Shown here: in pieces, positions 1-9,382 of the stretch | Layout: every line of letters starts with the position of its first letter | How positions within the stretch are numbered: position 1 is the stretch's first letter | DNA from: an uncultured virus (IMG/VR IMGVR_UViG_2630968395_000002) | Taxonomy: Duplodnaviria; Heunggongvirae; Uroviricota; Caudoviricetes | IMG/VR virus record: IMGVR_UViG_2630968395_000002 | Length of the DNA stretch: 64,000 nt | Reading direction: 5' to 3' (one strand) | Made by a program: the position numbers and the translations under genes | Notes under the pieces: generated by a model | Database searches by the model: none | The model's input: only the letters and a program-made list of their open reading frames with translations | What the model was told of the DNA's origin: nothing

Positions 1-769
1 GTTTTCTCCTAAATTTATATAAGCGATCATACACAGAAGGATTTCTTATGTTTGAGCACAATATAATTAGTAACATGATATCAACATTTATTTCAATAGT
101 GCTTTAAAATTAGCCTTATTTGATTATTCCAGTCACTATTCATATAGTTAATCTGGATTGTAGTGAGGGACGACTTCATATATTACATTTAGTTACATTT
201 TATTGAGAGTATAATACCAACCTGATACATTAATATTATAATTATTTATTTATACATTGCAGGTTTTAATTTAACACCATCTTCCACTATTAAACTTAAA
301 TCGATTGGGCTGACGACAGAGTTGAAGTTATCAATGGCAGTAATTCTGTATTTCCATCAACTAAAATTCCCGTAGCACCTTACCAGACTCAGGCAGGAGG
401 AAGTAATGCAGCCCATTACTGTACGTTTCAGACGGGTTGGGCTGGCGTGACAACACCAAGTCGTGAGTCTTGTGTGAACATGAATGAATACCATATGATT
501 TACTGTCAAACGTGGTCAGCTAACACTTGTAGTTAATCGGTTTTTTCTCCATACCAACAAAAGTTGTTTCGATATCAATTAAATCATGAATTAAATAATA
601 ATGTTTTTAATAGCCTTGTACTTTCTGAAATTCAAATAAATAGTTTACAACTAGTTTTTTGCTGTCGGAAATTATTATTCGGGGCGTTTAGCAAATTCCG
701 ACAGCCCTCAGTGTCAGCATAGTTGTCACCCCCTTCTAAAAATGGATCCAGAGGGCAACGGAGTGACAA

Positions 770-1252
770 ATAAAACGTATTTCCCCAGAACGTAAAGCCG
801 GTGTATTGGCAAAATTACTTCCCCCGTACAACATGACCGTCACGGCTGTTGCACAGATGGAAGGGATATCGGAAGCTACCCTCTACAATTGGCGCAATCA
901 GGCTAAATCAGAGGGGGAACCGGTGCCCGGTGCAGAGAAAAACAGTGAACAGTGGCCTGCCGAAGCGCGGCTCGCGGTTATCGTGGAAACCGCCACGTTA
1001 AGTGAAACGGAAATCGCCGAATACTGCCGTAAAAAAGGGCTTTACCCCGCGCAGATAGCGCAATGGAAACAGGCTTTTTTGCAGGTTCCTTCGGGTGACG
1101 ATAAGGTGGCCCTCAAGCAAAGCCAGAAAGAAAACAAGCAACTGAAAAAGGAGCTGCTGCGTAAAGAAAAGGCGCTGGCGGAGACGGCAGCGATCCTGGT
1201 GTTAAGAAAAAAGCTCAGGGACTACTACGGGGAAACGGACGAGGACGACTGA
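770..1252 (+). CDS. IS3-family transposase OrfA (HTH + leucine zipper)
   Basis: GISEATLYNW HTH, C-terminal ..ALAETAAILVLRKK; frame open back to ATA at 770 after a GGAG RBS. Confidence 0.85.
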   Translation: MKRISPERKAGVLAKLLPPYNMTVTAVAQMEGISEATLYNWRNQAKSEGEPVPGAEKNSEQWPAEARLAVIVETATLSETEIAEYCRKKGLYPAQIAQWKQAFLQVPSGDDKVALKQSQKENKQLKKELLRKEKALAETAAILVLRKKLRDYYGETDEDD

Positions 1253-2283
1253 CACCCCGAGAGGAACGCCAGCAGTTTATCGCGTGGATAAATGAGGCCG
1301 TCGCTGCTGGTGCACGCCGGGCGGTGGCCTGTCGCGAAGTTGAGCTCAGCGTACGGACCTGGCAACGGTGGCAAACCTCCCCGGAAGACCAAAGAACTAC
1401 GGCGATACGCCCGGAGCCCACCAATCGCCTGAGAGTGGAAGAAGAGCAGCAGATACGGGCGGTCTGCCATCAACCCGAGTATGCCAACCTGCCGCCGTCG
1501 CAAATCGTGCCACGGTTGGCGGATAAAGGGGTTTATCTGGCGAGTGAATCGACCTTTTATCGGGTGCTGCGCCGTCATGGAGAAGTACATCACCGTGGCC
1601 GTTGCCTCAAGCCGGGCCGGGTAAAACCGCCAACAACGTTCACCGCCTCCGGGCCTTGTCAGGTGTGGACGTGGGACATCACGTGGCTGCCTTCATGGGT
1701 ACGGGGTCGTTGGTATTATCTGTACCTGATGGAGGATGTGTTCAGCCGTAAAATCACCGGAGCAGAAGTTCATGAAACCGAGAGTGGTGAGTTGGCGGCG
1801 GCGCTGATGCAACGTACGGTACTGCGGGAGCGCTGTTATCGCCAGCCACAGGTGCTGCATGCAGATAATGGTGCGGCGATGAAGTCGCAGACCCTGCAGG
1901 TGAAGCTGGCAGAACTGAATATCTCGCCTTCACACAGCCGACCGCGTGTGAGCAATGATAATGCGTATGTGGAGTCGTTGTTCCGCACGCTGAAATATGT
2001 TCCTCAGTGGCCATCCTCAGGCTTTAACCATCTTGAGGAAGCGCGGGTCTGGGTGGATAAATTTACCCGTTGGTATAACGAAGAGCACCGGCACAGTGGC
2101 ATAGGTTATGTGACGCCGTTGCAGCGACATACGGGTGAGGACAAGGCGTTGTTGGCCCAACGATATAAGGTCTATCAAGCGGCGAGAGCCGCGAACCCGA
2201 CACGTTGGTCACGACAGACGCGAAACTGGGAATGGCAGGAAAGCGTGACATTAAATCCAGAGCGGGGAAAACAGGCCGCATAA
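1207..2283 (+). CDS. IS3-family transposase OrfB (DDE/rve), reached by -1 frameshift at AAAAAAG
   Basis: WTWDITW, LHADNG, NDNAYVESLFRTLK motifs; -1 frame open from AAAAAAG (1207-1213) into ORF 1324-2283. Confidence 0.9.
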   Translation, partial: KKAQGLLRGNGRGRLTPREERQQFIAWINEAVAAGARRAVACREVELSVRTWQRWQTSPEDQRTTAIRPEPTNRLRVEEEQQIRAVCHQPEYANLPPSQIVPRLADKGVYLASESTFYRVLRRHGEVHHRGRCLKPGRVKPPTTFTASGPCQVWTWDITWLPSWVRGRWYYLYLMEDVFSRKITGAEVHETESGELAAALMQRTVLRERCYRQPQVLHADNGAAMKSQTLQVKLAELNISPSHSRPRVSNDNAYVESLFRTLKYVPQWPSSGFNHLEEARVWVDKFTRWYNEEHRHSGIGYVTPLQRHTGEDKALLAQRYKVYQAARAANPTRWSRQTRNWEWQESVTLNPERGKQAA

Positions 2284-2502
2284 ATCAACCTGGGGTGACA
2301 ACTACCTTGACACTTACCGCCAACGCACATGTAGTATGACAGCCATACAAGCAAGAAATATCTTAAAATTTCATTTTTGAGTTGTTTACATTAAAAAAAT
2401 AAACATATCAAGTTAATATAAAATACTGAATTCGTATTTTATAAAAAAGAACACCACTCTTTATAAAATTAAGCCAAACAACTGAGTCTATAAGGATATT
2501 TT

Positions 2503-3081
2503 ATGAGTTTTAATACCTATTTAAAATTAACAGGAAGTGAACAAGGATTAATCTCTGCTGGATGCAGTTCATTTGACTCGATTGGAAATCGACATCAGAA
2601 TGATCATGACGATGAAATTCAGATACTATCCTTAAATCACGCCATAACAAGAGAGCAACATTGTACACATCATCCTGTTGAATTTATCAAACCAATTGAC
2701 AAATTATCACCACTAATGGCTATAGCCATATCCAATAATGAAATATTAACCCCATCATTTTCAATTTATAGATTAAATCAATTTGGTGCTTTGGGAATAT
2801 TTTATGAGATAAAATTAACTAAAGCTACGATAATAGATATCAGTTAAAATTACCCTCATGTAATAAATAATCATGGTGCAATACCGTTTGAAAAAATCTC
2901 GTTTATATATGAGTCAATATCCTGGCAACATAAAACAGCAGGCACATCAGGCACATCAGGCACATCAGGCACATCAGGCACATCAGGCACATCAGGCACA
3001 TCAGGCACATCAGGCACATCAGGCACATCAGGCACATCAGGCACATCAGGTTATAGCATATGGAGTGACAGAGTTTATTAA
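2503..3081 (+). pseudogene. hcp: Orphan Hcp (type VI secretion tube-family) pseudogene
   Basis: YLKLTGSEQGLISAGCSSFDSIGN..KPIDK N-terminus; in-frame TAA at 2845-2847, then the frame continues NYPH..EKISFIYESISWQHKTAGTS..GYSIWSDRVY. Confidence 0.85.
2941..3048 (+). repeat. Tandem repeat (GGCACATCA)x12 in hcp 3' end
   Basis: 12 perfect 9-bp units counted directly; encodes (GTS)12 in the hcp frame. Confidence 0.97.
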
Positions 3082-3144
3082 ACCAATCAATTTTCGCGCC
3101 CATGCATTCAAGTAAATATCATTTATGTATTAGCAACGTTAAAA

Positions 3145-3327
3145 TTAAGTCATGAAAATTTTTCTCAAACGATATGAAAAATAAAATGACAAACAAAAAC
3201 CACCATAGAACACGTACATCATGAAAAATTCAGGTACTTTACCAGACATATATATGAAGAGCGCGAAAAACAGCATAGCTAAAGCAACAAATAATAAATC
3301 TATAAATACGCGATGTAATAGTTTCAT
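3145..3327 (-). CDS. Small two-TM membrane protein (putative immunity-like)
   Basis: 60 aa, two hydrophobic helices, GAGG RBS, directly downstream of the 3340-3692 pseudogene. Confidence 0.6.
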   Translation of the reverse strand: MKLLHRVFIDLLFVALAMLFFALFIYMSGKVPEFFMMYVFYGGFCLSFYFSYRLRKIFMT

Positions 3328-3339
3328 AAAAAAACCTCT

Positions 3340-3692
3340 GTCATAAAATAAACTTTAGCGCTTGAATTATTTCATCAGTTGATTTTCTTTTTATCGAATC
3401 CATTAAAACACCCACTTTTTTTCTATTAGAAAGTAAAGCATTTCTATTCCATTCTTTTATTTTTTACAAGAATGAGTTCTCTGTTTGCAGATAAGTATTT
3501 TTTGATGATTTCATCATACTAAGGATACATTGTTAGTTCCGGTATAATTTCGGGCGATACTGTCATAAATGCCCGCCCAGCACCTAAATCTAAATTTTCA
3601 ACAGTATCAAATATCACGGTTGATGCGTTTTTTATGAATGCATCAAAATATTTTTCTAGTACAGTATCAGCAGATTGCTTGCTATAAATCAT
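3340..3692 (-). pseudogene. Degraded, internally deleted homolog of the 26777-27478 protein
   Basis: Translates MIYSKQSADTVL..FDAFIK..TVENLDLGAGRA..*..*KNGIEMLYFLIE; matches NADRVL..LDRGIK..TIESVYSGAERA..NNIEMLYIYID of 26777-27478; internal stops and a frameshift. Confidence 0.7.
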
Positions 3693-4119
3693 TTAATGAA
3701 TTCCCTTTTATAATGAGATAATTCAGTATTATGTATTAATAAGCAAAAAAAAATCAACATATTGTTTAAATACCTTCGTCGGTGATCCATCCAATGTCAC
3801 TGAACAATGTGACCCACTTAGCAATAAATAAACGTAAGGCGTTCCCGACGGGTGGCTCAGTACATAAAGTGATTTGCATGAGTATTCGTTTCAATCCTAT
3901 AACTTTTTTCATAATCACAGTAAACTCTCCAAATTCTATTTATTGCTCATTTGGGATGGCAATGATTGATGATGCTCATACGAAAAGCCGAATCGGATCA
4001 AGGCTCCCACATCCTGAATAGAATACCCTGCTATAGCCTGTCCTGACTCGATTTTCATTTTATTATTCCTGTAACAGGTCACACGACGATATTGTTCATC
4101 TCATGACAGCCAGAGTTTG

Positions 4120-4323
4120 CTAACATTCATTTTCTCTCCGGTCACGCCAGTAATTTAAGCGTTCTTTAAAAAATGCCCGATAATCTACCGGTACCCGTTC
4201 AATCGCTTCCAGTACGTGGGCGCGGTTAGTCCTGCGTTAGTACAGGTCTTTGATTAAGCCGCTGGCTATCAAATCAAGATTCAGCTTTTCCTGGCACTCT
4301 TTAGGCCAACGAGAAATATTGAA
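4120..4323 (-). pseudogene. Phage DNA polymerase III theta (HolE/Hot)-like remnant
   Basis: FNISRWPKECQEKLNLDLIASG..*..EAIERVP..FFKERLNYWR resembles the theta family; internal stop. Confidence 0.5.
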
Positions 4324-4451
4324 CGGAAGTCTGGGGGGGAAGGTAGCCCGATTGCCCGTCCATGGTTACACCATGAATTCAACAACCGGAGATTTTTCAT
4401 TGATGGTCCGCATGGTCTTACCTCTCGCGTTTCAACGCGGGTCAGGTGCGA

Positions 4452-4725
4452 TTAAAAATTTGCTGTCGAATACCGTTTTTCTCTGACAGGGAGCTTCATT
4501 GCCTCTTTTGACATGCGGCTGGCTTCTCTGGCCACCAACTGGTCAACGGCTAGAAAGTGACCGTTTTGGAACTCCTGATAAACGGTACCGTATTCACCAA
4601 ATCTGTTTTTAGTTACGATAGCTTCAGCAAATCTTGCCGCCGGGCTATCGGGGTTATAAATGGCCTCCCGATACAACATGATGATGCTGTCAGCATCCTG
4701 TTCAATTTGAACCTGAATCTCTCAA
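4452..4725 (-). pseudogene. Phage DnaB-like replicative helicase, C-terminal fragment
   Basis: LRDSGS(frameshift)[19 protein letters not shown] motifs; 5' part missing. Confidence 0.85.
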
Positions 4726-4726
4726 A

Positions 4727-5462
4727 TTGCTGCCAGTCTTTGGAGAAATGTCCCCTGACAATATAAGATCCGAACATATAAGAAAGTATATGGATAAACG
4801 AGGAATAACGAGCAGAACGCAGGCTAACCGGGAAAAAACTTTCCTTTCTCGCGTTTATCGCTGGGGATATGAACGCGGAATAGTGAAAGGCAATCCATGC
4901 AGAGGGGCCAAACAATTTACGGAGAAAGCCAGAGACCGCTATATTACAGATGAGGAATACGACGCAGTGTATCAAGTCGCACCTGATGTTGTCCGAGTTG
5001 CAATGGAAATAGCCTATCTGTGTCTCGCCCGGCAAGCGGATGTCCTTGCTTTGCGTCGTGATCAGCTCAGAGAACCCGGGATCTATATCAAACAGGGTAA
5101 GACGGCAGCCAGGCAGATTAAAGCATGGTCTGAACGGTTACGTGATGCCATAACACTGGCTGAGTCCCTTCCCCTGAAGTCAGGTATAAGTAGTGTGTAT
5201 ATCATCCATCAACGTACAGGTTTACGGTATACGCGTGATGGATTTAATAGTAAATGGCACAAAGCCAGGGAAGTCGCAAAAAACATATCCAGAGTTGGAT
5301 TTTAATTTCACCTTCCATGACCTGAAGGCTAAAGGTGTTTCTGATCTTGAAGGGACACTCAGTGAAAAACAGGCAATTTCAGGGCATAAAAACATGGGGC
5401 AAACGGCACGATATGATCGGAAAATAAAAATTGTGCCGGTAGTCGGTAATCAAAAAAAGTGA
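4727..5462 (+). pseudogene. Tyrosine integrase remnant (5'-truncated, frameshifted near 5280)
   Basis: ARQADVL, TFHDLKAK, SGHK, ARYDR motifs split over two frames; ends next to the att copy at 5533. Confidence 0.85.
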
Positions 5463-5532
5463 ATTTTTATTCACCCTCCACAAAACATGTTAGGAATGAT
5501 GTTAGGAACAACTCAGGAATGGGATTTTAATC

Positions 5533-5655
5533 ACAAAAAAACCGCCTCTCGGCGGTTAACGATATACTCGTACTACTTTGTTTTACTTAGACTATTTTCC
5601 ATGGTGCCCGGGGCGGGACTTGAACCCGCACAGCCATAAGCCGAGGGATTTTAAA
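5533..5655. repeat. Left att direct repeat (123 bp) containing the 3' half of tRNA-Leu(UAA)
   Basis: Identical to 39523-39645 except 2 mismatches. Confidence 0.95.
5602..5655 (-). pseudogene. leuZ: 3'-half fragment of tRNA-Leu(UAA)
   Basis: Revcomp TTTAAAATCCCTCGGC..GCGGGTTCAAGTCCCGCCCCGGGCACCA: anticodon loop, long variable arm, T-loop, CCA; 5' half absent. Confidence 0.85.
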
Positions 5656-5772
5656 AATTTGAGGCTATCTTTTAAAATCAACAAGTTAAGGTTGTTCAAT
5701 GGGTTACAAATGCGTATCGCTGCGTATGTTTGCGTGTGGCTAGTTTTTGCTGCCATCAAAACTGACAATTTT

Positions 5773-6776
5773 CTAATCGATAACTAACTTGTCATAAGAA
5801 TTTAAAGCGATGGCCGCATCTAAGTGATCGGGTGCAAAATGTGCATATCTCATCGTCATTAAAATAGTGCTATGGCCGAGAATTTGTTGCAGCACTAAAA
5901 TGTTTCCGCCGCCCATCATAAAGTGACTGGCAAAGGTATGCCTGAGTACGTGTGTGCGTTGCCCTTTAGGCAACTCAATAGCCGCCCTTTTCAATGCATG
6001 TTTAAATGCATCATAAGATGGAGTGAATAAAGCACCGCGATTTTTTGGTATACGTTTAAATAGTTTCTCAGATATCGGTACGGTTCTGTTCTTTTTGCCC
6101 TTAGTATTAATGTAAGTCACACGGCTAGGTAATATCTGCGACTGTTTCATATCCTGTGCCTCTCCCCACCTGGCACCTGTAGCTAAACAGAGGCGAACGA
6201 TGGTTCCCAGGCTTTTATTTTCCGACTCATCACAGGAGACTAAAAGCCGCTTAATTTCATCTTGGGACAGAAAGGCCAGCTCTTGATCACCCTCGCTAAA
6301 TTGGCGGATACCATCAAGCGGGTTACTTCCCTCCCATTCACCAAGGCGTTTTAATTCTGAAAATACAGCATGTAAGTATGATTGCTCACGGTTAACAGTG
6401 GCTTCTTTTACAACAGTACGCCCTTTTGCTTGCCATTCACCATTCAGGCGGCGTTCCGATAAACAGCAAACATATTCTTATCGACATCTGCCGCTAAGGG
6501 GTCCCCCATTCTCTCACAAATCGCCAATAGTTTAGCTTTACGGGACTCGCCAGAAGATAGGGTTTTACCGTGCATTTCATACCATCGCTCAACTAATTCA
6601 TTAAGCGTTACCGCACTAATGCCCAGCCCCGTATCTTGTTTATTCACCATCATGCGACGTTCGTATGAAAGTGCTTCGCCTTTAGTGGCAAACTGTTTGC
6701 GTATACGCTTGTTATCACGACCATAAGGGAAGCATTGGCAAAGCCATTTTCCTGACGGAAGTTTACTGACTGCCAT
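5773..6776 (-). pseudogene. int: P2/HP1-type phage integrase, frameshifted (1-nt deletion near 6457)
   Basis: N-terminus MAVSKLPSGKW..FAVYR; adding one G restores ERRLNGEW..EATVNREQ..LATGARWGEA..HVLRHTFASH..LGH..MRYAH. Confidence 0.88.
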
Positions 6777-7156
6777 TAATCCTGCACCCACTGCATCATA
6801 ATCATTAACATCATGGCGGTTGATTTGACACTTTGATTAGTGAAAATTTCTTTATTTTGAATTGGATCTGATTCTGGAGCAAAAGCATCATCAAGTTGTT
6901 TTGCTAATTCACTCGCGTAAGGTTTAAAATCATCAACCGATTTTATTTTTCTATTTATCTCAGGTGCTAATAGCTTTTTGCTGTATATCCCGGCGATAAA
7001 GTCAGCACAAGTTGCAAGTTTGTTTTCCGGCGTGGCTGTTTGCCATGTAAGCGCATTGGCTTCATGCAGGGTTCCCCCCGCATACCAATTTTCAGCAAAT
7101 GCGTTATTTGTGAATAAGGCAAAAATAAGAAACGTCAGTGACAGTACCTTTTTCAT
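6776..7156 (-). CDS. Secreted/periplasmic hypothetical protein
   Basis: MKKVLSLTFLIFALFTNNAFA signal peptide; stop overlaps the int start; GAGG RBS. Confidence 0.75.
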   Translation of the reverse strand: MKKVLSLTFLIFALFTNNAFAENWYAGGTLHEANALTWQTATPENKLATCADFIAGIYSKKLLAPEINRKIKSVDDFKPYASELAKQLDDAFAPESDPIQNKEIFTNQSVKSTAMMLMIMMQWVQD

Positions 7157-7224
7157 CGCTAGCCCTCGATAAGGTTAAGAAAATAATTAATTAAATATCA
7201 CAATGTAAATAATTTGAGCGTGAG

Positions 7225-7644
7225 TTACTTACTAAATGTGACTATTAAAAGCGCAATTAAAAAACCTGAAGCAAATACGCCCCCTGAAAATATCGGGTAG
7301 TGGCGAAATGGTTTCTGCTCCCGATAAACAGCAAAAGTATTCTTGTCAAAATCAGTGACCAGTGGATCACCCAACCGTTCGCAGATAGCCTCTAACTTTA
7401 CCTTTCGGGTTTTACCTGATGTTAAAGTCTGCCCGTGCATTTCATACCAACGACTAACTAAATTGCTGAGTTTCAATGTATTGCTCACAGAAACCTCAAC
7501 AACCTGATCTTTCTGCATCATACGGCGCTCAAATGAGAGCGCCTCGCCTTTAGTAGCAAACTGCTTACGAAGCCGCTCACCACGCCGTCCATTGGGATAA
7601 CACTCACAAATCCATTTGCCAGTAGTTAATTTACGAACAGCCAC
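7225..7644 (-). CDS. Integrase N-terminal domain paralog fused to a C-terminal TM helix
   Basis: First ~109 aa align with the int N-terminus (RKQFATKGEALS, RWYEMHG, AICER.GDPL, FAVYRE), then PIFSGGVFASGFLIALLIVTF; GAGG RBS. Confidence 0.8.
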   Translation of the reverse strand: MAVRKLTTGKWICECYPNGRRGERLRKQFATKGEALSFERRMMQKDQVVEVSVSNTLKLSNLVSRWYEMHGQTLTSGKTRKVKLEAICERLGDPLVTDFDKNTFAVYREQKPFRHYPIFSGGVFASGFLIALLIVTFSK

Positions 7645-7664
7645 GTAGTTTTCCTCTTATGCCA

Positions 7665-9362
7665 TCAGGCAACAACCAATTCCTGTTCAGGATTGGCATC
7701 TAGTTGAGCCTGTCTAGCGAGAGCAAGGCTTTCCCTGTATTCGTACGCATCAGCTTTTAATGTCCAATGGGTTTCAATATGCATATCATCAAGTAGCGAT
7801 TTAATATCTGACAACGACACACTAAAGAACTCTTTGCGCTGATTAATTTTATTAAGCTGAGCCTGTTTGAATTTTCTATGAAGCGCATTTTCGAGGGTAG
7901 GTGCATCTTCACTATAAATCATGGCGTGAACATCAAACGAGAATGGTACGCTTGCATCACCGAGTTCTTTTACACGATCCATCGGTTCTAAACGTCTGGT
8001 CATACCGATTTTAAATACATCTTCACCAAAGGAACCAATATTACTAATTACATAGACATGGCCAGCTCGTGTTTGTTGAGCCATAGATATTGCACGTTGA
8101 TTTTTTGCTTCTGCCTCTTCATATTTCTTCTGTAGCTCATCTAACTGCTGTTGTAACACAGCCCGCTGTTCATCATTTGCAGCTTGTAGATCCTTAGTTG
8201 CTTTTTCGATAGCCTGCACTATCATTTTTTCTTCTTTTTCAGCATCTTTAATAGCTTTTTCATATTCCTTACGGGCTTTTTCTTCTTCCCTTAACTGTTC
8301 TTTAATTCTTCTTTGTTCTTCTTTTTCTTCTATGAGAATTTCATTTACAGCGACTGCCCATCGAAGCTCATTTAATCTTGCCTGCAAAAAAGTATCTGTT
8401 ATTTTTGCATCTCTGAATGCACCACCGTTAAAATTAACAAGCGAAAATGCATCTCTTATTTCTTGTGATAATTTGCCATAATTGTTATAGCGGACTTTTG
8501 CCATAACAGTATCAACCTTGCCATTAAAGGCATCTAGTATAAAATTGATTGCCGTATTACGTCTGTTTGGCTCAACATACTGGCAGCTTGCCGCTTTATC
8601 AGCGCGCATCAGCGTTCTGGTTAGTTCTCTCGCCTTTTTCAACTCATTGCCAGCATCTTTAAATGAATATTCTTCTGCTAATTCATCTAATATACTTCTA
8701 TTAGGAATAATCCACTCATCTCCATAGCCTTTTATTTTATTTTTCATTGCATTTGCTACTGACTCATACTTTTCAGCAAACTCTTTAGCCTCATACGCCG
8801 AACCTGCTATTTCTTTAGCCCTTTCTTCCGCATTATTCATTAAGCTAACTGCATTATCATTTGCATTACGGATAATTTCCTCAGCTTTTGTATGGGCCTC
8901 ATCTAACTTCTCTTTTGCTTTAAGGCGAGTTTCGCGAACTTCGCGAGTAATTGCTATAGCCTCTTCACGCGCATTGCCCAGAGTCATTTGAGCTTGTTTA
9001 TCAGCATTTATTATCGTTATCTCTGAATGCCTGTTTGCTTCATTAATTATTTTTGAAGACTTGTTATGAGCATCATGAAGTAGTTTTTTAACTGTTTCAT
9101 TCGCATCTGAAATTATTTTATCTGCAAATAATTCCGCATTGTAAATCTCGGTATACTTCCATAAAGGAGCTGTATTTTCCTCTAACTCTATATACTTGTT
9201 ATGTGAGGATGTCAGTTCACTTTTAAGATTTTCGATCTCTAACTTTATCTTTTCTTCATCAATTCTCAGTTGCTTGAGTAATTTCTGTTTTTTTATTATC
9301 AAATAAAACAGATATGGACTAACCACCCCTAAAACAATAAGAACAATAAGTACGATTTCCAT
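7665..9362 (-). CDS. DUF4041 + T5orf172/GIY-YIG membrane nuclease (PD-lambda-1/SNIPE-like anti-phage protein)
   Basis: N-terminal TM, long coiled coil, AFNGKVD..RLNEL segment, GHVYVISNIGSFGEDVFKIGMTRR..ELGDASVPFSFDVH..RKEFF. Confidence 0.8.
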   Translation of the reverse strand: MEIVLIVLIVLGVVSPYLFYLIIKKQKLLKQLRIDEEKIKLEIENLKSELTSSHNKYIELEENTAPLWKYTEIYNAELFADKIISDANETVKKLLHDAHNKSSKIINEANRHSEITIINADKQAQMTLGNAREEAIAITREVRETRLKAKEKLDEAHTKAEEIIRNANDNAVSLMNNAEERAKEIAGSAYEAKEFAEKYESVANAMKNKIKGYGDEWIIPNRSILDELAEEYSFKDAGNELKKARELTRTLMRADKAASCQYVEPNRRNTAINFILDAFNGKVDTVMAKVRYNNYGKLSQEIRDAFSLVNFNGGAFRDAKITDTFLQARLNELRWAVAVNEILIEEKEEQRRIKEQLREEEKARKEYEKAIKDAEKEEKMIVQAIEKATKDLQAANDEQRAVLQQQLDELQKKYEEAEAKNQRAISMAQQTRAGHVYVISNIGSFGEDVFKIGMTRRLEPMDRVKELGDASVPFSFDVHAMIYSEDAPTLENALHRKFKQAQLNKINQRKEFFSVSLSDIKSLLDDMHIETHWTLKADAYEYRESLALARQAQLDANPEQELVVA

Positions 9363-9382
9363 TAACTCAACCTCCCATATTA

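Larger units (their letters stand above)
710..2314 (+). mobile_element. IS3-family insertion sequence
   Basis: Imperfect terminal inverted repeats: AGTGTCAGCATAGTTGTCACCCC (710-732) vs revcomp of 2292-2314 AGTGTCAAGGTAGTTGTCACCCC; orfA/orfB layout with A6G frameshift motif; exact outer ends uncertain. Confidence 0.85.

Noticed and set aside
661..705. Inverted repeat GCTGTCGGAA..TTCCGACAGC next to the IS
   Set aside because: Could be a MITE relic or a terminator, but is too short to assign
2941..3048. Possible CRISPR array
   Set aside because: Contiguous 9-bp units without spacers; no cas genes
2873..3115. ORFs encoding (QAH)n and (MCL)n repeats
   Set aside because: Alternative-frame readings of the 9-bp repeat; the hcp frame (GTS)n explains it
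3782..4060. ORF 3782-4021 and opposite-strand fragments
   Set aside because: No recognisable motif; probably decayed phage DNA
5602..5655. Functional tRNA-Leu genes here and at 39592-39645
   Set aside because: Both lack the 5' acceptor strand and D-arm; they are att duplications
5578..5787. ORFs spanning the att sites (also 39411-39629)
   Set aside because: Shadow ORFs over tRNA/att sequence
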